A stretch of 64,000 nucleotides of DNA from the human T2T-CHM13v2.0 reference genome, Homo sapiens (GCF_009914755.1 NC_060935.1), one strand, 5' to 3'. Positions 29,313-43,090 are shown, counted from the first letter of the stretch. Notes: a model not told the origin generated them from the letters alone. Program-made: numbers and translations.

Positions 29313-30549
29313 TTCTTATTTCATCACAACTAATTACCACTCTTCTTTAGAAATCCAGTGTTTAATGAGTTTCCTTTATAATAAGGTTGAGATTTGGGAA
29401 GTCAGTTTTTACTTGAGGCAAAAAAGTTGTATCTTGATTCATAATTCAGAAGTGTCATTTTATCTAGGTTTTAGGCATAGCTTCTCACCTGATTGGTGAA
29501 CATATACCCTGTTTATTATTAGCTAAAAATAAGTGCTTGATGCCAGATTCACTTTTTTTCTGATTTATTTCTTAGTATTTTTCATACTTTGCCTTTAATA
29601 CTAAGTGTGGGGAAGAGTAGTAAAAATATATTTTAAAAAAAGGTTTTGTGATTTTTAAGAACGTAGAGGTGCATGAGCTGTATTATTCCACCAGAAGCAT
29701 GGTGGGTGGCACTGGCATTGTTATTCTGTGCCCTCAGACAGCGAACCACTTCTCTTCCTCTGGGGAATGAATGGAAACCCAACTTTTTCCCTCTTCCATT
29801 GAAGTTATCTTTTGGTATACTTTTGTCTTTTTTTCTACTTGTTAGTTGTATTAGTATCAAATGGCATAATAAAGTTACTTTGTTTGCCATTTCCCACTCA
29901 TCTGAAAATCACAAAAAGCATTTATTTCTAAGATTTATATCCACTGACCTTTTCCCCAAAGTTATTTTCCTGTTACTTGTATTTCATCTTTGCCCTTATT
30001 TCTTTAATATTTGTATTAGAATTAGCTTGCTCTTGTTTCCTTCACGGCAAATGTGTTACATTGCCCACTGGGTGGCTTCTGCGGATGCCCCTACCCACCC
30101 CTCGTCTGGAGCAGAGAAGTCCTGTTAGCCTAGCAGCATAGTGGCTGCTGTCAGTGCGAGGAGTTGTGCTTCTCTAGCATGGTCTGTGATGTCATCTGGA
30201 CATAATTATTAGACTAATCGAATAGAGGAACAAGACAGCCCTGCCTGCGACTGTGGGCCCCCGCTTTGTGTCATCCCACAGAGCTTTGTGCTGAACATCA
30301 GTCCTCCACATCGACTCCTCTTGTAAGATGTTGTGTCCAGGTGGATCATCACAGTGGCTGCCATCCTTAAATATGTCTTGGTCCTGTTGCTGCTAATTGA
30401 TGTGAGCTTGTCGCCATGTGTCCTTTAAAGCATTTAAAGTTTTTTTTAGAAACAAGGAAGACTTTTATAACACCCTTCACATTTTATAATATTCCTATTT
30501 AAAACTTGCTCCTTAAGGAGCTTTTGGAAGCTTCTTTAAAACTCTGCTT

Positions 30550-30855
30550 GGCCGGGCACGGTAACTCATGCCTGTAATGCCAGCACTTGGGGAGGCTGAG
30601 GCAGGTGGATCACTTGAGGTTAGGAGTTTAGACCAGCTTGGCCAACATTGTGAAACCCCGTCTCTACTAAAAAAAAAAAAAAAAAAAAAAATCAGCCGGG
30701 TGTGATGGCATGGTGTAATCCTAGCTACTTGGGAGGCTGAGGTAGGGATTACTTGAACCTGGGAGGCAGAGGTTGCAGTGAGCTGAGATCATGCCACTGC
30801 ACTCCAGCCTGGGTGACAGAGCAAGACTCTGTCTCGCAAAAAACAAACAAAAAAC
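30550..30855 (+). mobile_element. AluS (sense)
   Basis: Dimer; target duplication aaaactctgc. Confidence 0.92.
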
Positions 30856-31129
30856 TCTGCCTATATTTTAAATTATATGCTCATATAAAATGTTCAGTGA
30901 TCTCACTGCCTATCCTGTGAAGTGGATCTACTTTTTACAGAGCCTTGAGTAACCATGGTACAGAGTTTGTTTTCCTTCTGTTATTCCTGGATTGATCAGT
31001 GTTTATACTAGCAGTGTAAATGATTTTGCTCTCTATGATCTCTATTTAAAAAACATTTTTTTTTTGAGGCAGATGTTCATAAAAGCATAAAATCAGGATG
31101 TATTCCTGTCTGATCTCCTAAAGTGGGTG

Positions 31130-31437
31130 GGTTTTTTTTGTTTTGTTTTTTTCTTTGTTTTTTGTTTTTTTGTGGAAACAGGGTCCTCACCCTGTTGCCC
31201 TGCTGGAGTGTAGGAGAACAATCATGGCTTACAACAGCCTCAGCCTCCTTAGTAGCTGGTACTACAGGAGTGTGCCACAATGCCTGGCTAATTTTTTGAA
31301 TTTTTTTTTGTCTTATAGAGATGAGGTCTCACTATGTTGTGTAGGCCGTTCTTGAACTCCTGACCTCAAGTGATGCTCCCACCTTGTGCCTGCCAAAGTG
31401 CCAGGATTACAGGTGTGAGCCACTGTGTGCCCGGCCC
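31130..31437 (-). mobile_element. AluJ
   Basis: Diverged antisense Alu. Confidence 0.85.
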
Positions 31438-32533
31438 AAATACATACTTCTAAAAATGTGTGCTATACATGGATTACCATCCTTTGCAGCCTCCTTCCTT
31501 TTACCTAGGCTCTTTTAAATAGCATGTGGATATTCATGCTTTTTTGGAGATAATGATAATGGTACACCTCACTAAGTGGGTAGTGAAGCTCCAGCTTATA
31601 TGTAGGTTTTCGTTTGGGGGTTACAGAGAGTCAGTATGTATTAACAAACTCTGGTTTAGGAATTCTGCAGTGAGCATTTAGACAGATAGGAAAGGTCTTT
31701 GAATGGTCTCTACTGAGGTCTTTTCCTGTGATGCTATCATCCTGTCATGTGTCTCAAAAGTGGCATTTGAGATCATCCCATCATGAATGGCAGCCTGTAG
31801 ATCATGTAGTGAACCCTCTGTTTTATATTTCCATTTGTAACAAATAAGTACTTTTTTTAGCTCTATAATTTGAAGTAACAAACTCTGTTTTCCTTGTTGA
31901 GGAAGGATGGGCATGAAGCTGAGGAATGAATATGTATGTGGCGTAGTGATTAGGTTTCATTGTCATGTTTTCCTAGTAAACAGAGGAGAATCAGTTTCTC
32001 TAACTCCTCAAGAATTAGTTTTCAGTTTTTAGTAGTATATTAAGAATGGCACAGATTTTACCAGTTTATTGCTTCAGGCTTTTGACTATGAAAGTACTGG
32101 TTTGCAGTGATCATTTAGTTCTTTAGTCTTCTGAAGCCTTCTAGATATTTAGGCCTCACTGCTTATCACTTGTTGCTGAAGATATTCTGTTCTTCACCCT
32201 TAAGAAAAGGGTGACTTTTCTCCTTTCCCAGCATCACTTCTTAATAGTATGGATGAATTACTTTTGCAGGTTAAAATCATCCCAAGTTTTAGCTTTGAGC
32301 ATTTTCAAGTCAAAATTTTTTATCTATTAAAATATTTTCTTTTCTGAGAAGGAAAAAATCCTGCCAGTAACGCATTAAAAAGTATTTTATAGGTTCAGTG
32401 TGAAGCTTATTTAACTTATGTGAGCCAAGTTGGCATTTTAGATTGTAAAACTGAACTGAAATATGAATTATGGAAAATTAATTTGTAAAGTTGAAATTTT
32501 ATGAAATACTTTCTGCATTTTGTTTAGACCAGC

Positions 32534-32760
32534 ATGTTTTGGAAATTTGATCTTCACTCATCATCCCACATAGACACACTTCTAGAAAGAGAAGATGTAA
32601 CACTGAAGGAGTTAATGGATGAGGAAGATGTTTTACAGGAATGTAAAGCTCAGAACCGCAAACTTATAGAGTTTCTGTTAAAAGCAGAATGTCTCGAAGA
32701 TTTAGTCTCATTCATTATAGAAGAACCACCTCAAGACATGGATGAAAAGATCAGATACAA
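32534..32760 (+). CDS. PPP6R3: First coding exon (exon starts 32528 with 6 nt UTR; MFWKFD...EKIRYK, 227 nt coding)
   Basis: tgtttag|ACCAGCATG acceptor and start; donor TACAA|gtaaga; matches ORF 32534..32764. Confidence 0.97.
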
Positions 32761-33707
32761 GTAAGACAATTCAATCTTCTCTGTAGAGTGGGACTAAAGT
32801 GAAGTGGGGGTAGAATATACAGCTCTTGTTCAAGGATTCTCCAGTGTGACTGTTGCCATTTACAGAAGGGTAAGATAGTCAAGAATGACAGGCTCGGTGG
32901 AGCGCAAAATCCATTCTAGCAGTTAAGTCCAGGGAATCACAAGAGTTTAAAAATGAGCGTTCTGAATTTCATTCAAAGGTTTTCTGGAAAGGCAGCGTGC
33001 TTTGTAAACAATGATGATAAATATCTCAAAATAGTAAGATGATTAAAATATTTACTTTGCAAATAGGAAGATGGACATGATGTGACTATGCAGAATCGCA
33101 CAGCAGATCTAAGTCAGAGCTTGGGGTTGTGAAGAGCATTGCTTATACAATACATTCTGACCTTTCATTCACTGAAAGTAAAGGAATGGGTACCATGGGT
33201 AACTACAGTGGATTTTGTCTGCTAGTTTAATCTGCTTACAAAGAGAACGACAGTACAGTAAGAATCCTTTATTACCATCACTGTAACACTTTTTCTACAA
33301 ACCCCTGGAAACTCTCCATAGGTATGTAAAGTATTGGGGTTTCAGTTAATTATTTCTCCATATCCAACTCTATTGAAATATTTGGCTCTTTTCCCCCCAG
33401 AAAATAGAGCAACTTCAGAAACAAAAATTGATGCATTACATAAACTTAATGGAACAGGAAGAATTAGGCTTTTAGTAGTGTCTCTCTTGCCATTTGTCCC
33501 TCAGTTTACCTTTCTTTTCAGACATCTTTTCCTTTCGTCTTGGGGAGAAATGTGCTGTTAGGGAAATAATACTTGTTAATGCTTTCAAGTTGCTAGTGGC
33601 TTAGGTCTTCAGAGATGTCATGTTCTCTGCCAACCATTAACATTGACACTTTGCATTTAGTGAAAGCCTTCACTCAGAGATTAGTGTCTTAATAAAAGAG
33701 GAGGAAA

Positions 33708-33922
33708 GGCTGGGCGCGGTGGCTCATGCCTGTAATCCCAGCACTGTGGGAAGCTGAGGCAGGTGGATCACCTGAGGTCAGTAGTTCGAGACCAACCTGG
33801 CCAACATGGTGAAACCCCGAGTCTACTAAAAATACAAAAATTAGCTGTGCCTGGTGGCAGGCACCTGTAATCCCAGCTACTCGGGAGGCTGAGGCAGGAG
33901 AATCACTTGAGCCCGGGAGGCC
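33708..33922 (+). mobile_element. AluS, 3'-truncated (sense)
   Basis: Ends abruptly at cccgggagg without a tail. Confidence 0.9.
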
Positions 33923-34639
33923 GTGACAGACCTACTAGTGTGCTGTCATCCCCCAAATGATAGACACTTTGCTACTTGGAATTCCCTTCACAGTGAACTA
34001 GCATGTGGGTGGTGCTACTTGAATTGGGGCTTATCCCTGATGGAGGAGTGTGGTATGCATCAGAGAGCACAGATTTTGGATCAGCCTCCTCAGAAGAGTA
34101 TGACCCTCTTCTCTTCCAATCTCTGAGAGCTTGGGCAGGGAGCTTACCCTTCTTGGGTCTGTTTCCTCATATGCTGAATGAGGCTAGTAATGTTTTAATC
34201 ATTGAAGAGTAGGCATGCCTTCTATGAAGGGCTTACTTTCCACAAAAGTACTGCGCACCCCCCGCCGTTATAACAGTGTGGCACTTGTATTATATTGCTT
34301 CGTCAGTGTTTTTGCCTTTGAGGTTGCAAGAGCAAATGCACCTCCTCTGGACACAGCCTTCTGCATGGTACCATTTTGAAGGAGCACCACTTGAGTTGGA
34401 TAGGGCAGTACTCTGCCATGCTTCTGCCCTGAGCAGAGTCACCACCTGTGTGTAACATATCTTGGATGATGCCACAGCTAGATTAGCATAGAGGGGTTTT
34501 TCAGCTGGGATCTGAAAGTGCTTTAGGGTTATGGTTGACTACAGTCATTTAAGGAAGTTTAGACTGGGATTGTGTAGTTTTGGGATGATGGAGTAATTGC
34601 TGTATTGGGGTAAACCAGACTAAAAAGTCCCCCAATAAT

Positions 34640-36850
34640 TTTTCAGATAAGACCTCTGGAGAAAAATGAAGCATGACGAGACAGGGACTGCTGAAGGTGG
34701 TGGGGTGGGCAGAGGAGCTCAGGAAAGGCCTAATTAAGATGGTGCCATCTGGTCAGAGCCATGCAGGAATTAAGGGGGTTGCCAGGTGGGCACTTACAAC
34801 CAGGAACATCCAGGCAGGGGGAACAGCAAGTGTGGAAGCACTAATGTGCTCATGTGCTTGGTGTGCCCCAAGAACATCTGGGCAGCCAGAGAAGGGGCAG
34901 CATTGTGAATGAGGGAAAATGGAAGGAGGGAGGGTTGGAGTGAAGGTGGAGCACCTCTGGAGACAGGCCATGCAAGGCCTGGTAGGCTCAGCCAGGATGC
35001 TTGCTATACTTGGGATGAGATGGGAAGCCACCAGAGGGTTTTGAGCAAATGTGTGCATGTTGGGGAATCTGCCCCGATATTCACATAGGTTCTTTTCTGT
35101 TTTCCCTAAGCGTCAGTCGGCTTGAGAAATAAAGGGACAGAGTTCAGAAGAGAGATTTTAAAAGCTGGGCGTCCGGGGGAGACATCACATGTCAGTAGGT
35201 TCCGTGATGCCCCACAAGCCACAAAAACCAGCAAGTTTTTATTAGAAGTTTTCAAAAGGGGAGGGAGTGTGCAAATAGGTGTGGGTGACAGACATCAAGT
35301 ACTTAACAGGGTAATAGAATATCACAAGGCAAGTGGAGGCAGGGCGAGATCACAGGACCGGGGCAAAATTAAAATTGCTAATGAAGTTTTGGGCACCATT
35401 GTCATTGATAACATCTTATCAGGAGACAGGGTTTTGAGATCAACCCGTCTGACCAAAATTTGTTAGGCGGGAAGTTCCTCTTCCTAATAAGCCTGGGAGC
35501 ATTATGGGAGACTGGAGTCTGTCTCACCTCTGCACTGACCATAAGAGATGACCACACCCAGGGGGGCCAGTTTAGAGACCTACCCCCAGGTGCGCATTCT
35601 CTTTCTCAGGGATGTTCCATGCTGAGAAAAAGAATTGAGCGATATTTCTCCCATTTGCTTTTGAAAGAAGAGAAATATGGCTCTGTTCCGCCTGGCTCAC
35701 CTGCGGTCAGAGTTTAAGGTTATCTGTCTTGTTCCCTGAACATCGCTGCTATCCTGTTCTTTTTTTAAGATGCTCAGATTTCATATTGCTCAAACACACA
35801 TGCTGTACAATTTGTGCAGTTAAGGCAATTATCACATGGTCCTGAAGTGACATACATCCTCCTCAACTGACAGGATTAAGAGATTAAAGTAAAGACAGGC
35901 ATAGGAAAGCACAAGGGTATTGATTTGGGGAGGTGATAAGTGTCCATGAAATCTTTACAATTTATATTTAGAGATTGCAGTAAAGACAGACATAAGAAAT
36001 CACAAAAGTATTAATTTGGGGAACTAATAAATGTCTATGAAATCTTCACAATCTACGTTCTTCTGCCATGGCTTCAGCTGGTCCCTCTGTTTGGGGTCCC
36101 TGACTTCCTGCAACCTGTGCCATAGTCTGACTTTGTTCCTTAGGAGTGCTCTGCCTGCTCTGTGGTTAGGGACTGTAGGAGGACAGAAGTGGAAGTACAG
36201 TTGGCTGCAGTGATCAGCAGAGAAAAACAAGATCTTAGTGGACCTGATTGTTGAGAAGCGGTCAGATTTCCAGAGGCACTAGATGAAGTTAGAACTGAAG
36301 GGGTTTCCTCTAGGTATGGAATGGGAGATAAAGTGTCAAGAGTGACTATGAGGATTTTGGCCTGGGCAGTTAAGAGGATGGGGAGTGGCTTTATGGCAGT
36401 GAAATAAGATTGCAGAGGGAAAGGGCAGGAGTTTGGGTCTGGCCCTGTCACATTTGAAATGCCTGTTAGACATGAGGTGGAGATGAGGCCTAGTGGTAGG
36501 TGGACAGAGGACATGTAAAGCCACAAGGCTGAATGAGATCGCCTGCAGAGCTGATGGAGCTAGAAGAAAGCTTCTGAAACTGGAGATGGGTAGTGTGGGC
36601 TGGCCTGGGTTCCACTGAGGGATGGAGGAGTGATTGGATGCAAGAGGAGAACCTGGGGGCTGCTACCCTGGAAACCAAGGGAAGTCTGGCTTCAGGAAGG
36701 AGGGGGGACAGTGGGTTAGCGGTACTGCTCATAAGAAACCACTCAGTTTGTAACATGGAGATCATGGGCCCCATCAGTACAGGTTCTTTGGAGGGGCCCA
36801 GGTGAAAGCCTGGAGGCAAGCAGAGACAACTCTTTGAAGTGATTTCTTGT
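34640..36850 (-). mobile_element. L2 fragment interrupted by the MER11 LTR
   Basis: gatgggaagccaccagagggttttgagc...tttgaaatgcctgttagacat purine-rich antisense L2 text on both sides of the LTR. Confidence 0.7.
35058..36115 (-). mobile_element. MER11 solo LTR (HERV-K11/HML-8)
   Basis: Reverse complement begins gttgcaggaagtcagggaccccaaacagagggaccagctgaagccatggcagaag; ~1.06 kb; 6-bp target duplication tgtgca / tgtgcc. Confidence 0.9.
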
Positions 36851-37260
36851 AACAGGAGCAGAGAGGAAGTGGTAGGTCGAGGCAGATTTGGAGTCAGGGG
36901 TGGTGTGGGGTTTTGTTTTTTCCTAAATGGAAGTGATGACCTGTGAGAACGTTGCAGCACAGAGGAAACACAGCCAGTGTGAGGGAGCAGGCCGCCGAGT
37001 GATGCATTGTGCTGGAGTGGGCGGGGGTGGGGGCATGTGGTCCAGAGCATACATGCAGGAGATGACCTCAGGAGCAAGGGCCATTCCCCTGGAGCGAGGA
37101 GGAAGTGCCCAGCTGTAGGTGGGGATGTGATAGGGCTGGGTTCCCTTCTGATTGCCTTCTCTGTGTTCTCAGGCAAAGGAAGCGAGGTCAGAGCCTATGG
37201 AGGAGGAGGGGTCTTGCCGAGGGTGGAGTGGAGGCATCTTTGGGTGCTTGAGAAGCTGCT

Positions 37261-37261
<1 letters not shown>

Positions 37262-37300
<39 letters not shown>

Positions 37301-37578
37301 CAGAGTCTTGCTCTGTCATCCAGGCTGGAGTGCAGTGGCGCAGTCACAGCTGGCTGCAACCTCTGCCTCCCAGGTTCAAGTGATTCCTGTGCCTCAGCCT
37401 CCTGAATAGCTGAGACTACAGGTGTGTGCCACCACACCTGGCTAATTTTTGTGTTTTTAGTAGAGATGGGGTTTTGCCACATTGGCCAGGCTGGTCATGA
37501 ACTCCTGACCTCTGGTGATCCATCCATCTTGGCCTCCCAAAGTGCTGGGACTATTGGTGTGCGCCACCGCGCTCGGCC
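37262..37578 (-). mobile_element. AluS
   Basis: Long poly(T); target duplication ttgagaagct. Confidence 0.92.
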
Positions 37579-37939
37579 TTGAGAAGCTTCTTGAATGTTA
37601 AGGAGGGAGGGAAGGAGAGTAGCCCCAGCCTGTCTGGAACCAGAACTCTGAGCTTTTTGTGTAATGGCTAACATTATGCATGCTTCTTGAGTTAGGTCAT
37701 ACCACCCAGTCACCTAGAAAAAGTGAACAAATTTTAAAGTTGCTCATCTGGACTTTCTCTGTCAGAGTTTGGAGAAAACACTCATGCATTTGATTCACAG
37801 CCAGGAGTCCGCTTGCCTTTTACTGATCTTCTGTTTGTCAGCAGTTTCCACATTAAGACAGTTGAGTGAGTGCATCTCCCCAACCCACTCTAGCAGCATT
37901 CTGCCATTTTATAGTGAAAATAAAGAGGAATGAAAACAG

Positions 37940-38165
37940 CTGTCATTTATTAAACACTTATTTACTTTATGCCAGGCCCTCTTCCCAGCCTTTTTTACTC
38001 CCCTCCTCCATAAGATAAGGACTATTGTCTTAATCTTACTAACTTGGAAACTGAGGCCCAGAGAGGTTAAGTAACTTGTCCAAGGTTATACAGCATGTAA
38101 GTGGTAGAGGCCGGTTTTGAACTTAGCTAGTGTGACTCTAGTAGCTGCACCTGTAACCGCTGCAT
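37940..38165 (-). mobile_element. MIR
   Basis: ggaaactgaggcccagagaggttaagtaacttgtccaaggt core. Confidence 0.85.
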
Positions 38166-39723
38166 CAGCCCACTCCTGGGATAATGGGTACTTTACAGGG
38201 GTTTATATTCTGGCATCTTGAAGCCCATGCTACGTAAATTGAGGGAGGAGACTTTACTTCCCAAAGACCCATACATCTGCCAGGTCTGTTTTTTTTTTTT
38301 TTCCTTTTCTGTTTTCTTTATACAAAGACTCATTTTGGGACCTTCTCATACTCTTCTGTCTTTAGGCCTCACACCAGAGCCTGTCAAGTGCCGTGGCTTT
38401 CTGGTTCGTCACCAGTGGTCTTTTTGTGCCAGGGTCTTGCTGCAGGCAGCACTTGCTTGCCTTGGATGCCCCAGGTGTGTCGTATACGTGTCCCTCCTGC
38501 CCCAGTCTTCCCTGGTTTCTTTTGTCATGCAGCCACGTTTGGCTATTTTGCCATCTCTCTGTCTTGCTCAGCTTTTGAGCTTGCCACTCCTGATGACTTG
38601 TTGGGGCGCTGGGTCCTGGCTGTCCAGCAGGGAGGAGTGTAAGAGCAGAGTAATTCTGGGTCAGCTAGAGTATCGTCTGGATAGGCTCAACGTCTCTGTT
38701 GTTGCTAGTGAAAACAGACACGAGATTGTCATAGTAGGAGTAAGTGGAGGAAATGGACCTGCTGCCTGTTTGCAGAGGGTCAGTGGTCTGGTTGTCAGAG
38801 GCAAGCATTTCTAAAGCCATGGGGTCTGTAGAAGAGCCTGTGTGGGTCCATATAGAGCAGGTGTCATGTTCTTAGCCGTGGGCCTTCTACAGGAGAGACA
38901 GCATGGTGAAGACTCATGGTGGGCTGACTTTGTGTCTGTGCTGATATCCAGATACTGGAAGGCTGATGTGGAGAGCACTAGTTTTGTTTTGTTTTGGTTT
39001 TGACACAAGGTCTCACTCTTGCCCAGGCTGGAGTGCAACAGTCATAGCTCTTTGTAGCCTCAAACTTGTGGGCTCAAGTGATCCTCTAATCTCAGCCTCC
39101 TAAATAGCTAGGACAACATTTTTTTTGTATACTGCTTCCTGCCTTGGTAGCCCAGGCTGATGTCCTGTTCCCCCCTTCATTATAGTAGGATGCTTACTCT
39201 CTTAAGATGTAATATAGACTTAGTACCATTTACAACCCATCTAAAGATAAAGGCTGGTCCAGGTCCCTACAGAGTGCCTTAAGTCATTACAAGGTGCTGC
39301 ATGCAGTGCAGTTTCCTGGAAACCAGTGTCCTCCACAGTTGTCCGCAAGCTTTGCTGCTTCCCATGCCAGAGGAGGCTGTAGCCTGATGGCTCGTACGTC
39401 CAGCCGCTTTCCTCGCTGATCGTGGAGAAGGCCCGGGCCCTGCAGCATGACCTCTCTGGGCTTCTGAGTACTAGGTGCGCTCTAGTTTCTTCAGGGAAAA
39501 TGTATTCTTGTTAAAGCTTGGTTTAAAAACAATTTTTTAGATAGTAGAAAATTTATTTTAGTCTGGAGGTAGGTTGAACAGAATGGATTGAAATGATTTC
39601 CTGATTTCCAGTAAACGATTTTATTTTTTTCACAAAATCTTGGGAAGCCTTTCTGATTTGTGTTTATCTTTATGTAATTAAACTGTTAATAAAGATGATG
39701 ATGTAAATATCCTGTTCTTCTAG

Positions 39724-39910
39724 GTATCCAAATATATCTTGTGAGTTGCTCACTTCTGATGTCTCCCAGATGAATGATAGACTGGGAGAAGATGAATCCT
39801 TGCTAATGAAATTATATAGCTTCCTCCTAAACGATTCCCCTTTGAATCCACTACTTGCCAGTTTCTTCAGCAAGGTGCTAAGTATTCTTATCAGCAGAAA
39901 ACCAGAACAG
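39724..39910 (+). CDS. PPP6R3: Coding exon 2 ([13 protein letters not shown]...SRKPEQ, 187 nt)
   Basis: ttcttctag|G acceptor, CAG|gtaaat donor; phase 2 to 0; cumulative CDS 414 nt. Confidence 0.96.
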
Positions 39911-40477
39911 GTAAATATGATTTTCCAAAAGGTAAGTATTAGGGCTGATCATCCCCTTGAGGTGATCCCCCAGTACTTGTTGCTTTAAGAGTTCTAACTT
40001 TGCCTTAAGTTCAGGTTGTATAAGAGAATGTATTTTAAACCTTAAACATTCTAAGCACTCACGTACTATTTGTATGTTAATGAATATTTCTAATATGGCA
40101 TAATCTCAAATTTCACTTAATTTGTTAGCATACTTTAGTTTCCTCTTTTGAGAAGTGGGTAGAAGATGAGAATATTGGGTACCCATTTGTGAAGACAGGG
40201 CTTAACTAAGATGGCAAGTATAATAACTAAGCAGTTGAATATGTCACCAAACAATTGCTTTGTTTTGTTTTTCCCCCATTGATGATCAGAGATGAAGCTT
40301 AAACCAAAAACCTTTCCCACAAATGTAATTGGTGATTGGTTTGTACTAATGGTGATTCTGTTTTGATTCTACTCAAAACTTCTCCAGTGTCAGGCTTGAG
40401 ACATCTGAGTGTATAGACTGCTGTGTACATTTGCAGCTGTGCTGTTCCTATCCAGTGTGGTTTGACAGAAACTTCAC

Positions 40478-40668
40478 TTGGTTCTCTAAGTGTGGTCCCT
40501 GAACCAGCAGCCCCTCAGTATTACCTGAGAATTTGTTAGAAATGTAAGTTCTTGAGTCCTATTCCAGACCTGCTGAATCAGAAACTCTGAGAGATGGGCC
40601 CAGCAGTCTGGGTTTTAGCAAGCCTTCCAGCTAACTCTGATGCATGCTAACATTTGAGAACCACCGCT
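40478..40668. mobile_element. MER5A
   Basis: tggttctctaagtgtggtccctgaaccagcagc...ccagacctgctgaatcagaaactctg...tttgagaaccac. Confidence 0.85.
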
Positions 40669-42952
40669 TTAGTGGATATTGTTGTGAAAAAGGATCTGCT
40701 TATCTGGAGATTTTAGTCATTTTATGGAAATAGGCACTCAGGGAACAACTAGAGCCTCAGATATTCAAGTATAAACTATAGCAGATTTGCCAGAATTGCA
40801 AGTATAGGTGTGATGATACGGGGCAAAAGTGGTCAAACCAGTTGGTCCTGCCATCCTTCATGATAGAAAATGGCTCTGGGTGACCCATTGTTGCTATCAG
40901 CACTTGTGGAAGGACTGGAGCTATTTTGGGCCCAGTGTGTCCTGTCCTATGCCAAGGCAAAGTGGATACATGCTTTATTTTAGAAAGAGATATTTCTTTC
41001 TTTCACTTAATGGAGTAGGATAAGCTTTCTAAGTTGATTGGAAATGAGATTCTTTTCACTTTGGTAATAATCCCCAAATCATGATTAATGTAGATTGTCT
41101 CTTTTTTTCTGCCTTCTAGTTAGAAATACAAGAACTGCTGGCTGTTTTAGGAGAGTGGAAGCCATCCTATCACCCTGATATTACCAGGCAGTTCTCAGGG
41201 ATGGTTGTTGTAGCCATTATCCAGACATTATGCTTCATTGTGCTTTTTCTCCTCACTTCTGTGCTGTTGGAATCCAAGTTGGCGAGCCCCGATTTTCAGT
41301 GTACACATAAAGAGAGAGAATACACTTAAAACCTTGCCAGTTATGTTCTGAGACAAGAGCCCCTCGGCCTTTTGCTTGTTACACTTCCCTGTCAGGACTG
41401 TATGAATGATAGCAAGAGGATTCAGTGGCTGTGAGTTAAGATCAAACTTGGCATTTCTTTATCCTTTGCCAATTAGGAGTGTAAATAAAGGTTTTCTGTT
41501 ATGTGATAGTATTAGTAGGGGTGTATGCAACTGTAAGGACAAAAATTGAGACTCAACTGGCTTAACCAATAAAGGCATTTGTTAGCTCATGGAACAGGAA
41601 GTCGGATGGTGGGGCATCTTCAGTGCTGCATGAGTCAGCACCCCAGCGGGGTCATCTGTGCCACAGGTCCCTGTTGACAGTGCTGTACTGTCCACCACAC
41701 TAGCTGGGATTTATTCCTTTGGGCTCCAGGTTTGGTGTTTCTGGCACTGAATTACGGAATACTTGGGACACATGTGACTTTTTTCGTCCTTTCTCCTCTA
41801 CTGTCCTTTTAAAAACTTGTGGGATCCAATTGTGAGTGAATTATTTATGTGTCATATCATTTCTTGAAGTTTTATATCATAATGCTTGACCTCATTGTCT
41901 AGAGAAGCAATGTGTGTTGGTTAATCCTGTATTTATACCTAATTGTATGAAGCAGTTTTAGTTGTCATTTCTGGCTATTAGACTTCATGTGGCATAATGG
42001 AAAGATTGTGGCTTTTGTGGCATACATATCCAATTTTAAATCCCAGGCAGCCACCTTTTAGCTCTGGAAGATAGTTTCTGAGCCTTGGTTTCCTCATCTC
42101 TAATGGGGTGTGGCGGTGGGGGTGAGTTATCCAACCCCCCACGCCCCAGAGCTTTTGAGAAATTTCAGTGAGATCCTGTTATATAGCAGCTGCGACACTC
42201 CCCCTGGGACTCGCAGAGGGTTTGGGAATAGATGACACGTGCGCATGGACAGAGGCAGAGGCAACAAGGCTGTATGGGACACAGGGATGCATGGGACAGA
42301 GTCATCTCCCTGGTCTCCCAGAGCAGAAGAGACCAGCAACAGGGGCCTGATTTCCGTGGCCATTCTCACGTTCCTTCAGGGTAGCTCTCTGCCTCTCCAC
42401 CAGCTGCCCTTCTTGTGCTAAGCTATTGGAGTAAATTGGTGAAGTCAAAATCAAAGGCGATGTTTGTGTAGCCAGGTGAGTTAGTTATTTTGACTAGAGT
42501 AGAAATCTTTGTTTTGAAATTTTTTTCTCATGCTTGTTAGAGTCCAATTAGGATTTTGAATATTACTTATTTTAGTGCAAAATCTAACAGACATGCTTTA
42601 TGTTCATAAACTGTAAAATGGTATATTCTCTTGCTCTTTATAGGCATATTAAATTTTTGATCACCATTCTTTGAGAATGAATAATGAAAGTGAATAGAAA
42701 TAAAAGATTCTGTTAAGTTGTATTTGTATTAATGGACGTGCTAATTTAGGGGATTTTTTTCCAAGGGGTATTTTGAGTATTGTAACTATTAGCCAGGCTT
42801 TCCAATTTGATACCTTGTTGCTAATTCAGCATTTGCCATTTCTCAACCTAAAGTAGTGGTAGAATTTGGAGGAGTCGGGGTTGGGACTTAAAAGGTAAAG
42901 TTTATAGTTTCCAAGTTACATGTCTTTCAGTTTCTGATCTGTTCTTCTCTAG

Positions 42953-43090
42953 ATTGTGGATTTCTTAAAGAAGAAGCATGATTTTGTAGACCTTATTATA
43001 AAGCACATAGGAACTTCTGCTATCATGGATTTGTTGCTCAGGCTCCTGACGTGTATCGAACCTCCACAGCCCAGGCAAGATGTGCTGAAT
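42953..43090 (+). CDS. PPP6R3: Coding exon 3 ([46 protein letters not shown], 138 nt)
   Basis: cttctctag|ATT acceptor, AAT|gtgagt donor; [18 protein letters not shown] motif; absent from the ORF track. Confidence 0.96.

Noticed and set aside
36490-37176. Longest ORF in the track (228 aa, minus strand)
   Set aside because: Overlaps decayed L2 sequence; Pro/Ser/Leu-rich composition expected from the C/T-rich strand; no recognisable domain or splice structure.
38218-38814. 198-aa plus-strand ORF
   Set aside because: Non-ATG start, low-complexity T-rich translation, no homology I can recognise, no fit to the exon phases.
39724-39731. GTATCC resembling a U12-type donor
   Set aside because: It is the start of a coding exon (G|TAT CCA) and lacks the full GTATCCTT consensus; all introns here look like U2-type GT-AG.
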